Of a stretch of 53,482 bases of DNA, positions 29,098 to 37,470 are shown piece after piece. A program made the translations under genes and the position numbers. Numbering within the stretch: position 1 is the first letter of the stretch; the number at the start of each line of letters is the position of its first letter. Below the pieces are notes generated by a model. It had not been told where the DNA came from and ran no database searches. It saw only the letters and a program-made list of their open reading frames with translations. This stretch comes from a virus (Duplodnaviria > Caudoviricetes), in IMG/VR virus record IMGVR_UViG_3300030117_002594, positions 1 to 53,482 of that record; one strand, written 5' to 3'.

Positions 29098-30870
29098 TTA
29101 TGGTAGTATTATGTTTTGTTCTTTTGTTGGTATTAGTTTACACCCTTTAGGATATAAATTCAAATACAACGATTCTTTCTCACGATTGGCTGTAGTTTCT
29201 ATTTTAATTTTAGAAATCAAACCATCTTGTGATTTAGTTGGTGATACAGATATAATCTTGTTAGCATTGTAAGCAACTCTAAAAGAGCCTCTGCTAGATG
29301 ATATATCCATACCTTCTCTCATTGCTGTCTTGCTAATCTCACTAACAGCAAAAACAATTACGTTCTGTTGTATAGCAAGTTCCATTAAAGACTGAGAAAC
29401 TTCCTCTAACTTGATGTTATTATCACTTTGGTTAGACGAGAATAGACCCATATGGTCAACAATAACAACTTCTGGTTTAACAGGACACATTTGTATTTTC
29501 TTTGCTAATTCTTTAGAATTGCAAGGATTGTAATCAACAGTCAACCAATCAAATTGTTTGCTAATACCGTTTAGTTCTCCTCTTTTATGCATTTCTCTAA
29601 TCTCTTCATCTTCTTTCTCTAAATGAATTGACAAGAATCTAGACCATATCTGTCTTGGTGACATCTCTAATTCAAGAAAGTATGTTGGTTTAGCAAGTTC
29701 ATACATCCAGTTTTGTAATAACATAGTTTTCATAGACTTTGGTGGTGCTTGTATAATAACAACCTCACCAGGATATATAGGAAAATCTTTACCGTAAGGT
29801 CTACCAAGATTTACACCTGCATCGTCCATTTCATAAAATGTAAATAACTCTTTTTCCATAGCAGCAGCAGACATAGTGCCTACAGACTTCTTAGATTTAT
29901 ATAGTTTACATGTACTTTTACAAAAGTTATCCATTACTTGGTCTTTACAACCATATCTATTGCCTTTACCTCCATGTGCTTGATAAGCAGAGTTTATAAT
30001 ACCATCTAATTCCTTTTCTGTAAAAGGTTTTTCTGGTATATCAACTTTCTTACGCCATGATTCCATCATTACTCTTACAGTATCTTCTGGATATAACCAT
30101 CTAAGCCAAGCAGATAAACGTAATGCTACAGCATGCCTGTTACCAAATCCTGTACCTTTAAGCATTTCTGATATACAAGGATAGTTAGTAGGGTCTGGCT
30201 CTCTGCCATAATCTTTAGTAATCAAATTGTCGTAACTCTTTATTTTACGAGACTTTACATCAAATGGTGGATTCATAGTTTCATAGCCTTCAAGTTGGTC
30301 ATCAAACTTTTGTGATGTTTTAGCATACTCTAAAATATCTTCTATAGCACTATGTAGTAAGTTCATCGAAATTTGTACTTTCCACAAACCAGACTTGTTA
30401 TTTCTTGTATTAAGTGACCTTATAATACGTGTCTTATCTGTTACAGAAGGGTCTGCAATTTCAAATATACCTTTTTCTGTTAGCTCATCTTTAACTTTTA
30501 GATGCAAATCTTTACAAGGCTCCCATATAAAGTTCTTACTAGATATACCTACATGAAAACCAGTGCCACTAAAGTACACATTACATCTGTATACACCCAT
30601 ATCATCAAGCATTTTTACAAGCGCCATTGTTTTTTGTCTTGCTTTTTCAGGATTATTACCATCTATATCAAGTAAAAACTCATCAGGCATGTATATATTA
30701 CCATCATAACCTGATAGACTACTCTTCTTTTTAACATACTCAACAACATTCTTGTCATACTCCCATAAACTATGGAAAGTATCTTTCGCAATGTTTTCCC
30801 ATTTACCTATATCAGCACTATCCATAAAATGGTGTCTATTTGATAAACCGAAAGCAAATTCTCTTATCAT
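29098..30870 (-). CDS. AEP primase(-polymerase) fused to a PriL-like Cys domain and a RecA/DnaB-like helicase
   Basis: AEP motifs LLDID, YFSGTGFH, DKTRIIR; YPCI...RH...YGC...FCKSTC; degenerate Walker A QAPPKSMKT and Walker B VIVDH. Confidence 0.8.
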   Translation of the reverse strand: MIREFAFGLSNRHHFMDSADIGKWENIAKDTFHSLWEYDKNVVEYVKKKSSLSGYDGNIYMPDEFLLDIDGNNPEKARQKTMALVKMLDDMGVYRCNVYFSGTGFHVGISSKNFIWEPCKDLHLKVKDELTEKGIFEIADPSVTDKTRIIRSLNTRNNKSGLWKVQISMNLLHSAIEDILEYAKTSQKFDDQLEGYETMNPPFDVKSRKIKSYDNLITKDYGREPDPTNYPCISEMLKGTGFGNRHAVALRLSAWLRWLYPEDTVRVMMESWRKKVDIPEKPFTEKELDGIINSAYQAHGGKGNRYGCKDQVMDNFCKSTCKLYKSKKSVGTMSAAAMEKELFTFYEMDDAGVNLGRPYGKDFPIYPGEVVIIQAPPKSMKTMLLQNWMYELAKPTYFLELEMSPRQIWSRFLSIHLEKEDEEIREMHKRGELNGISKQFDWLTVDYNPCNSKELAKKIQMCPVKPEVVIVDHMGLFSSNQSDNNIKLEEVSQSLMELAIQQNVIVFAVSEISKTAMREGMDISSSRGSFRVAYNANKIISVSPTKSQDGLISKIKIETTANREKESLYLNLYPKGCKLIPTKEQNIILP

Positions 30871-30886
30871 ATTGTTCTCCTTATAA

Positions 30887-31747
30887 TTAAAATATATATC
30901 GTACGTTCTGCCAAGGTAACGTCTTTTTATGTAACTTTAAAAACTTTTTAATATAACCCTTCTTCAAGTGTCTATCGTATCTTACGTTCTCACCACCATA
31001 TTCAGATAATTTATTTTCCTGTATGCCTGGTTGCCATAAATATTCTTCACCTTGTATTTCATTTTCTACATTATGAGCATGTAGTACTTTATTGTGTATT
31101 AAAAATATACACTCTGCTTTTACATTTTGCTTTATTTCATTGTCAACTAGTTTATCTATCATTTCAAATAACATTTCATAAGATTGTTTAAAGCCCTTGA
31201 ACATAACTATTGGTGAGTAATTTATATGCACATCATAACCTGCATCATAATACTCATTGATTGCTCTTACTCTATCTATTATCTTTGGTGTACCAGGTTC
31301 TAATAAATCAGATAAGAACTGTGGCATTAAACTAAATCTAATTCTAATTTTTCTTTTAGGATTGTATTTCAATAATTTTTTACCTACATATTTAGTTGCA
31401 GCAGTACCCATAGCCTTTGGCTCGTTTACAAAATAATCAAATAATTTTTCCCATTCATGATATTTTGCATGTAATACATAATCTTCGTTACAACTAAAAT
31501 CATATGTATAATATTTATTATGTGTTTGATTAGGTTTCTTAGGCCAATCTAGTAACCATAAATGACTTGCAATACTATCAATTATCATGTTTGTATTTTT
31601 AGCAACTGTTAAACCTGTTGGTACATTTCTTCTCATATAACAATAAGTACATTTGTATTCACAACCATGTCCAAAACTAGGTGTTATAAAGTCACTGCTT
31701 CTACCAGAATCTCTTATAATAAATGTTTTTCTGTTTAAATATCTCAT
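30887..31747 (-). CDS. splB: Spore photoproduct lyase-family radical SAM enzyme
   Basis: GCEYKCTYCY (CxxxCxxC), YDFSCNED (position of the SPL catalytic Cys), ATKY, RIRFSLMP, GYDVHINYSP. Confidence 0.8.
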   Translation of the reverse strand: MRYLNRKTFIIRDSGRSSDFITPSFGHGCEYKCTYCYMRRNVPTGLTVAKNTNMIIDSIASHLWLLDWPKKPNQTHNKYYTYDFSCNEDYVLHAKYHEWEKLFDYFVNEPKAMGTAATKYVGKKLLKYNPKRKIRIRFSLMPQFLSDLLEPGTPKIIDRVRAINEYYDAGYDVHINYSPIVMFKGFKQSYEMLFEMIDKLVDNEIKQNVKAECIFLIHNKVLHAHNVENEIQGEEYLWQPGIQENKLSEYGGENVRYDRHLKKGYIKKFLKLHKKTLPWQNVRYIF

Positions 31748-31761
31748 TTTCCCTCCCTAAC

Positions 31762-31790
31762 AAAGAGAGCCTCATTACAAGGCTCCCTCT
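31762..31790 (-). terminator. Hairpin between the SSB-like and splB genes
   Basis: AGGGAGCCT-TGTAATG-AGGCTCTCT followed by TTGTT on the minus strand. Confidence 0.5.
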
Positions 31791-31847
31791 ATTTGGTTTT
31801 TTTAGTGAGTTCTAGAGGAACTCTCCTTTGGTTAACTTGTCAGTTAA

Positions 31848-32375
31848 TTAGAATGGCATGTCGCCTTCTGTTTTATCAGCAACAGAACTACCAATATTAG
31901 GTTCTACCCATTCTTTAAAGTATTGCTCTGCTCTACCTTTCCAGTATTCTACATCATTTTCTGTAAATGTATCAAGAGCATTCTGTCCAACAACAGGTGC
32001 GATTCTTTGTAAAACTCTATAATATCCATCTGAGTTTTTATATAGATAAATATTAAATGTTTTGCCTGCTAATTGTTCTGCAGAATCGTCTATTTTTACT
32101 ACTACCTCATTATCATTTGCACTATCAGCAACTTCTTGTATACCAGCTTGAGCAAATCTAAATAAATTAGCAATAGCAAACTCTTCACCTGCTTTAGATG
32201 TTTTTGCATACATTCTCATGTTAAAACTATCAGGATAATCCTTAAATTTAACATCAATATATTTAGAGCCATTATCTAAACTACCATATTTAGCGCTAGT
32301 TACAGTTACTTCACTCCAGCCTGGTTTAAAGTTACCAGAGCCACTACCTTTTTTTATTGTCATAGTAATCGGCAT
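31848..32375 (-). CDS. Single-stranded DNA-binding-like protein (DUF669-like)
   Basis: Follows the Sak4-like gene; beta-rich 'KPGWSEVTVTSAK'; acidic C-terminal tail EGDMPF. Confidence 0.65.
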   Translation of the reverse strand: MPITMTIKKGSGSGNFKPGWSEVTVTSAKYGSLDNGSKYIDVKFKDYPDSFNMRMYAKTSKAGEEFAIANLFRFAQAGIQEVADSANDNEVVVKIDDSAEQLAGKTFNIYLYKNSDGYYRVLQRIAPVVGQNALDTFTENDVEYWKGRAEQYFKEWVEPNIGSSVADKTEGDMPF

Positions 32376-33133
32376 TATTTACTTCCTTCCTTGTTTATCG
32401 TTTTTAGACTTAATGTTTTACCGCTACCAGGGTCACCTATACATAATACTTTAGCATTACCCCAGCCTTTTTCTTTAACTACATTAAAAATCTTACTGTA
32501 GTCTTGTAACATCTCAGTTTGTAGAGCCTGACTCCTGTCTTTTGCATGACAATATCTTTCATCTCTACCTGTAACCCAGATGTAGTTTCTTTTACCTGTT
32601 TTGTCTTTATCTACTTTTGTGTATAGTACAAAGTCAAACCATTTACCTACATCTTCTTTTGTAGAACCTTCTACTGCAGGATACAATCTTTGTATACCTA
32701 GTTCATCATCTTTCATAGGTTTAGTATGGACATTTACTATAACACTACAAGGTAATTGATTTACTACATTCATCAAGATGTCAAGTTGATTTTTTATCTG
32801 ACCCCATTGTTGAATAGTTAGTTTATCTTTTGTACCTTGCAATTCACGTTGATATTTTTTTACAAGTTCAGTACCTGTATCAAGTACGATACAATCTAAA
32901 TCTACACCTTGTTTTCTAACCCATTTTGTAGATTCTTGTGGAACAGTTACTGCTCCTACTTTTACTTCTTCTTGTACTACTTTTCTTTCAAACAATTTAC
33001 CTAGCAATGATTTAAAATCACTGTATTTGTCAAACTGTAGCATTGGATAACCGAAGGCATTTTTAATGTCTTCACCACTACCAAGTGACTTGTAACCTTG
33101 TTCAAAATCAATATACAACACTTTCATTGGCAC
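32375..33133 (-). CDS. Sak4/AAA_24-like ATPase, circularly permuted
   Basis: KVLYIDFEQG, Walker B CIVLDT, QQWG, VIVNVH, FDFVLY, HAKDRS; Walker A GDPGSGKT at the extreme C-terminus. Confidence 0.8.
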   Translation of the reverse strand: MPMKVLYIDFEQGYKSLGSGEDIKNAFGYPMLQFDKYSDFKSLLGKLFERKVVQEEVKVGAVTVPQESTKWVRKQGVDLDCIVLDTGTELVKKYQRELQGTKDKLTIQQWGQIKNQLDILMNVVNQLPCSVIVNVHTKPMKDDELGIQRLYPAVEGSTKEDVGKWFDFVLYTKVDKDKTGKRNYIWVTGRDERYCHAKDRSQALQTEMLQDYSKIFNVVKEKGWGNAKVLCIGDPGSGKTLSLKTINKEGSK

Positions 33134-33173
33134 TCCTTTTTGTTATTTAATCGATTAAAGTCGGACTAATAAT

Positions 33174-33413
33174 TTAGTCATTTTCTTTTTTATTTCCTAA
33201 TGATTTTAGTCTTAATTGCATAATATTTGTTAACTGTTTACAATCATAAACTTCTAACTGTGCATCTGCAATTTTGTCTTTTAACTCTTGAGGAATTTCT
33301 ACCATTCCAGGGTGTCCTTCAAGAAAAGATTTAACCCAGATAAGAGTTTCATCTAGTTTTTGGAATGCTTTATTGCATCTCTCAAGCAACATTATTACTT
33401 TAGCATCTTCCAT
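33174..33413 (-). CDS. Hypothetical protein
   Basis: ORF with SD in a tightly packed operon. Confidence 0.7.
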   Translation of the reverse strand: MEDAKVIMLLERCNKAFQKLDETLIWVKSFLEGHPGMVEIPQELKDKIADAQLEVYDCKQLTNIMQLRLKSLGNKKEND

Positions 33414-33414
33414 G

Positions 33415-33951
33415 TTACTCTCCTAACTTAGGCACATCAGTACCTTTTAGACTTACATTTACTTTTTCCATAACATCAGCAAACTCTTCAACACCATGTA
33501 ATATATCAATAGCTTTGTCACGTTTCTTTTCAAGAGCCTGTATATCTTTTGTCATAGTGCAGCCATTATTATTCTTTCTAGCTGTCTCATTACAAGCCCA
33601 TCTAAATGCTTTATCTATCTCTTTCATATCTGTATTATTCCATATAGTCGGAACATTTTGTTTTTCTCTCCAATCAGCATTAGGGTCAATTATTGTATTT
33701 TTAACTTCATTATAAACAGCTTCTATTTTTTGATATAAAGCACTAGTTTTTTTTCTATACATGTCAAAATCTTTTAAAGTTTTATCTAATTTTAAAGACT
33801 TTAAATATTTATTGTAGTGTTTTTCAGACACATCATATACCTCAGCTGCATTAGCCTGACGTAATGTTAATATCTGTTGATTAATTGTAGACGTAATTCT
33901 ATCCACAAAGTATTTACGTTGTTGTACTGACATTTTAGATTTCTTTAACAT
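33415..33951 (-). CDS. Hypothetical helical protein
   Basis: 178-aa ORF with SD CAGGAG. Confidence 0.75.
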   Translation of the reverse strand: MLKKSKMSVQQRKYFVDRITSTINQQILTLRQANAAEVYDVSEKHYNKYLKSLKLDKTLKDFDMYRKKTSALYQKIEAVYNEVKNTIIDPNADWREKQNVPTIWNNTDMKEIDKAFRWACNETARKNNNGCTMTKDIQALEKKRDKAIDILHGVEEFADVMEKVNVSLKGTDVPKLGE

Positions 33952-34084
33952 CGTTTTCTCCTGTTTCGTTATTAGTTATTAAATTAAATTCATCACAATG
34001 TAATTGTGCTTCTTCTTTAGAAAAGAATTTGTATCCATCTGGTGTTATCCAGACTGTTCTAAGTTCTGTATGTATTTTAGCCAT
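33935..34084 (-). CDS. 49-aa hypothetical protein (not in ORF track)
   Basis: GGGAGG SD; MAKIHTELRTVWITPDGYKFFSKEEAQLHCDEF... Confidence 0.7.
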   Translation of the reverse strand: MAKIHTELRTVWITPDGYKFFSKEEAQLHCDEFNLITNNETGENDVKEI

Positions 34085-34286
34085 CTATAAGCCTCCCATT
34101 AAACTTTTTTATTACATAATCAGTTAGTGGATGAGGTATTTCTGGCTCTACTATAGGTGTACCATGTTCTACCATTGCATTGTAAGACTCATATATCCAT
34201 ATACATTTCTCACAATCAGGACAATTATTTTCTTTACAGATTTTTAACTGCTCTTTAGCTTCTTCTGTTTGACAAAACCAACTCAT
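34077..34286 (-). CDS. Small Cys-containing hypothetical protein
   Basis: C..C, CPDCEKC; coupled to neighbouring genes. Confidence 0.65.
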   Translation of the reverse strand: MSWFCQTEEAKEQLKICKENNCPDCEKCIWIYESYNAMVEHGTPIVEPEIPHPLTDYVIKKFNGRLIDG

Positions 34287-34462
34287 CAGCCTACCTGCAC
34301 AATCTTATTACAATTAGGACATTGCCAATGATGTTTAGTGCAAATATATTCTACACCATTATATTCATAGACATAACTATTACCATCATCGTAATATATA
34401 GCATCATCTGTATCACAGTTACCGCTACACCATATATGTTTTTCATAATCTTCATCTACCAT
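34286..34462 (-). CDS. 58-aa Zn-ribbon protein (not in ORF track)
   Basis: MVDEDYEKHIWCSGNC...KHHWQCPNCNKIVQVG*; SD GGGAGA. Confidence 0.7.
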   Translation of the reverse strand: MVDEDYEKHIWCSGNCDTDDAIYYDDGNSYVYEYNGVEYICTKHHWQCPNCNKIVQVG

Positions 34463-34634
34463 TTAATTTCTCCCATCTTGCTATAACTATTTTATCATGT
34501 CTCCACATCTGAAGTATTTTATATTCAACCTCTGATATTCTATGTAATATATCGTGCTTATTATCATTTAATTCTCCGTCTTCAAATAAATCTTCATCAG
34601 GATATTGTATTAATATATGATTATCATTTTTCAT
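34452..34634 (-). CDS. Hypothetical protein
   Basis: ATGA-coupled small ORF. Confidence 0.6.
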   Translation of the reverse strand: MKNDNHILIQYPDEDLFEDGELNDNKHDILHRISEVEYKILQMWRHDKIVIARWEKLNGR

Positions 34635-34735
34635 TTACACCACCAATCTATTAAATAATAAACTACTAAGTACCATATAAATATAGCACTTACAAACATG
34701 CTGCCATAAACTAAAACATTAGTCCAATTTACCAT
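34631..34735 (-). CDS. 34-aa single-transmembrane peptide (not in ORF track)
   Basis: MVNWTNVLVYGSMFVSAIFIWYLVVYYLIDWWCK*; SD GAGG. Confidence 0.6.
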   Translation of the reverse strand: MVNWTNVLVYGSMFVSAIFIWYLVVYYLIDWWCK

Positions 34736-34868
34736 TTATTACCTCTACTTTCGGAATTTGATAAGGCTCAAAAGATTTTAAAAACTCATACATTGTATCA
34801 TCATTATTTAAGTCTTTGTAATCTTTACCAAGCATATCTCTCATTTTTTTATAATCTGGTTTTCTCAT
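34719..34868 (-). CDS. 49-aa hypothetical protein (not in ORF track)
   Basis: SD AGGAG; MRKPDYKKMRDMLGKDYKDLNNDDTMYEFLKSFEPY... Confidence 0.65.
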   Translation of the reverse strand: MRKPDYKKMRDMLGKDYKDLNNDDTMYEFLKSFEPYQIPKVEVINGKLD

Positions 34869-34876
34869 AGTATCTC

Positions 34877-35155
34877 CTATATTACTGGTAAAACTGTTGC
34901 TTTTTCTTTTACAGCGTTAGCAACATATAATGCTCCACCATCATTACCTTCATCATCAGACTGTGGAATAATCCAAGTGCCATCATCAAGCAATATGCAT
35001 AATGGTCTATTAAACCACATTGATTCTTTCATTTCTTTATCAGACATATATCTGCATTTAACTATTTTTCTACCTACAAGCCATTCCTCTGAGGTCTTTT
35101 GCCAATGGTTAACAGCTTGTTCTTCAGGGTTTTGTATACTTTTAACTTTGCTCAT
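34877..35155 (-). CDS. Hypothetical phage protein
   Basis: SD AGGAG; LVGRKIV...LDDGTWIIPQSDDEGNDGGAL. Confidence 0.75.
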   Translation of the reverse strand: MSKVKSIQNPEEQAVNHWQKTSEEWLVGRKIVKCRYMSDKEMKESMWFNRPLCILLDDGTWIIPQSDDEGNDGGALYVANAVKEKATVLPVI

Positions 35156-35540
35156 TTATATCTCCTAAACTTAATGTTGCTGGACCATCGTGGTCTGTCC
35201 AACTACTCCATTTATCTACTTTATCATAATCTACATCAAGCATTATAGTGACATCTTCACTTATTGCTATTCTCATTCTAAGTTCTACTTGATTATGTAT
35301 CATATCAAATACAACAGGGTATTTAGTATTTTTGTCGTGGTCTTTTAGAAAAGCAAACACTGTGCTTGAGTAAACACTTCTAGCTTTATCTGTATTTTCT
35401 GCATGAAGTATTGCTTTCTTAAGATTATCTTTAGTAAAGTATCTTACTACATTTCTTTCAGAAGCTGGTTTACCTGTTGGATTATAATTATTATTTTTAT
35501 TTCTGCTAGTGGCCATATCTTTAATCCTCCTGTGATTCAA
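35142..35540 (-). CDS. Hypothetical protein (true start probably the second Met, MATSRN)
   Basis: SD AGGAGG precedes the internal ATG. Confidence 0.7.
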   Translation of the reverse strand: MNHRRIKDMATSRNKNNNYNPTGKPASERNVVRYFTKDNLKKAILHAENTDKARSVYSSTVFAFLKDHDKNTKYPVVFDMIHNQVELRMRIAISEDVTIMLDVDYDKVDKWSSWTDHDGPATLSLGDINEQS

Positions 35541-35733
35541 AAGTTAATGTATTAGAAAACATGTTTGCTAATTCTGGTGTTTCCATAATAAAATCAAATA
35601 ACTCATCAAATGTATATTTAGTCTCCCAAAAACATACTGTTTTATTAGCATGGTCAACTTCTATAACCTTCTTATTTCTATATACGTTAGTCTGATTTTC
35701 TTCTTCTCTAACTTTTACTTTAATTTTACTCAT
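35521..35733 (-). CDS. Hypothetical protein
   Basis: SD AAGGAG; overlapping operon gene. Confidence 0.7.
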   Translation of the reverse strand: MSKIKVKVREEENQTNVYRNKKVIEVDHANKTVCFWETKYTFDELFDFIMETPELANMFSNTLTFESQED

Positions 35734-35980
35734 TTTCTATACTCCTTCTGTATATTTCTTTAGCACTTAATTCATTTTTATGTTTATTTTTAAGATATTC
35801 AAAAGCATCATCTTTTTCCATTGGCGCAACTTTAGTTACTATATCAAAAGCTACGCTTCTAAAAGCATCTCTTTCGGCTTTAGTAAATGTATGTTTAGGC
35901 ATATACGCCTCTACAAGTTCTTCTGCTTTTGCTAAACCTTTAGCAATCAAATCTATTTGCTGTTCTTTACTCAGTTTCAT
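35726..35980 (-). CDS. Hypothetical protein
   Basis: SD GGAG. Confidence 0.7.
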   Translation of the reverse strand: MKLSKEQQIDLIAKGLAKAEELVEAYMPKHTFTKAERDAFRSVAFDIVTKVAPMEKDDAFEYLKNKHKNELSAKEIYRRSIENE

Positions 35981-35994
35981 TTTTTCTCCAATCT

Positions 35995-36044
35995 ATAGCA
36001 CGATAATATAGTGATGCATAAGTGAAATATATATTCCATGCTAT
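35995..36044 (-). other. Intergenic stem-loop just upstream of an RBS
   Basis: AUAGCAUGG-AAUAUA pairs with UAUAUU-A-UCGUGCUAU, including G:U pairs. Confidence 0.55.
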
Positions 36045-36053
36045 GTGTTTACA

Positions 36054-36218
36054 TTAGTAGTCAGTTTTAGTTACTGTGTAATAACCTGAATATTCAGGGT
36101 CTATTTCAGGTGCCACAGCATCTACAATAGCGTCTAAACAATCGTGAGCGTTTTCACAATCACCAAAGTCTATATCTAACTGATTACCATTGTATGTAAC
36201 AGTCAAGTCAATTTTCAT
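36054..36218 (-). CDS. 54-aa acidic protein (not in ORF track)
   Basis: SD AAGGAGG; MKIDLTVTYNGNQLDIDFGDCENAHDCLDAIVDAVAPEIDPEYSGYYTVTKTDY*. Confidence 0.75.
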   Translation of the reverse strand: MKIDLTVTYNGNQLDIDFGDCENAHDCLDAIVDAVAPEIDPEYSGYYTVTKTDY

Positions 36219-36269
36219 TTGACCTCCTTGTTATTGGTTGTTTGTTTATGTTAATTATTGGCTTTTTTA

Positions 36270-36490
36270 TCATTCAATAGTAGTGCCTCAAGGCTTTATC
36301 ACTCCCAACAGTAAGTTAATACTGCAGACTCGCTTTCGCTTCTTTTAAAGGTTCCTGGAATAAACTTAGTGTAACTTCTCAGGGCTGCTATTGCTATAGT
36401 TACATACCAATAATGGTAGTCAGAAAAGGCAGACTAGTCGATTTTTAAACACCAACTGTGTCCGATACCTCTGCCTCTTCCCAGTTACCA
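36270..36490 (-). ncRNA. Putative structured RNA (long hairpin 36414-36490, stem 36370-36404, GAAA tetraloop near 36333)
   Basis: No credible ORF; raised GC; stems with G:U pairs that form only on the minus strand. Confidence 0.5.
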
Positions 36491-36497
36491 GCTCTGG

Positions 36498-36704
36498 TTA
36501 CAAGTACTCGTGACCAGTTCTTTCTTCATTATATTTCTTGGTATAATAATTTGCCATTTCATCTTGGTCGCATTCAAACCTAGTAATAACTTCGTTATTT
36601 AATTCTATCAAATCACGTAAGTCTTTTGGTTTGTAGTTACCTGAAAGAATATCATAAAGCAATTTATTATTCTTACCAATTAGTTGTATTGCATCTATGT
36701 CCAT
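36498..36704 (-). CDS. Hypothetical protein
   Basis: SD GGAGG; TAATG-coupled. Confidence 0.7.
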   Translation of the reverse strand: MDIDAIQLIGKNNKLLYDILSGNYKPKDLRDLIELNNEVITRFECDQDEMANYYTKKYNEERTGHEYL

Positions 36705-37018
36705 TAATCCTCCGTAACCATATGGTATACACCATGTTTACTACCTGTTTTAGGATTCTTAATCATAGTTGTTTGAATATTGTAGCCTCTCATACGTAAC
36801 TCTTTAATGATAGCAGAAAGTCTAATCGTCATAAATTCTTTAGACTTAGTTGCTTCTAGTTGTGTTAGGCTTTTACCTGATTGAAGATGTTTAAGTATCT
36901 TCTCAGTTTTGCTATTCTTTTGAAAATAATTGTGCTTACGCACTTTACCATCTGCGTTGACTGTAAGTGGCTTACCTTTAAATGATTCAGTAGCACTTAG
37001 ATTATGTTTACCTGCCAT
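36704..37018 (-). CDS. Winged helix-turn-helix protein (HTH_39-like)
   Basis: KILKHLQSGKSLTQLEA...RLSAIIKELRMRGYNIQT. Confidence 0.75.
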   Translation of the reverse strand: MAGKHNLSATESFKGKPLTVNADGKVRKHNYFQKNSKTEKILKHLQSGKSLTQLEATKSKEFMTIRLSAIIKELRMRGYNIQTTMIKNPKTGSKHGVYHMVTED

Positions 37019-37050
37019 TGTTTTCTCCTGTGTTGTTTAATAAATTCTAG

Positions 37051-37454
37051 ACTGCAGCGAGTCTGAGTAGGATAATACTGCAGTGTTCTCTTATCAGAGA
37101 TTAAAGACTCTTGGATGGAGTGTCAACTTTGAAATCTCAAAGTAAAAGACTATCCCTCTTATACCAATTTATCCTGTTGCTGATTTCTTTAACATATCGT
37201 GTGGAGCAAGCGTAGAGTCCTAGGACCATCTAGCTCCTCTCATCGTGTAGAGGTGTTGCCTCAGACAACTATTTACAGCTGCGCTAACAACTGTCAATTT
37301 ATAAGGTGGAGATAGTGCTTTAAATAGTGCCTATCTATCTTTTAGTCTGCAGACCAGCGACCACCTTAATTCTTTATTACATAAAAAAGAGAGAGACTCA
37401 TAGGGATAGCAAACTGTTTTATCCTATGTTTCGAGACTATCAATAGCCTCTCTC
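37051..37454 (-). ncRNA. Putative structured RNA region (two three-way junctions and at least six hairpins)
   Basis: ~450-nt gap without a credible ORF; stems at 37389-37454, 37302-37368, 37203-37294, 37126-37143 and 37051-37084. Confidence 0.5.
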
Positions 37455-37470
37455 GTTGACCACTACAGGA

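Noticed and set aside
35977-36039. 20-codon minus-strand ORF MEYIFHLCITILSCYRLEKK
   Set aside because: No SD and it coincides with a stem-loop; better explained as RNA structure.
37389-37454. Possible hammerhead ribozyme (three stems with GAAA)
   Set aside because: The CUGANGA core and the NUH cleavage triplet are missing.
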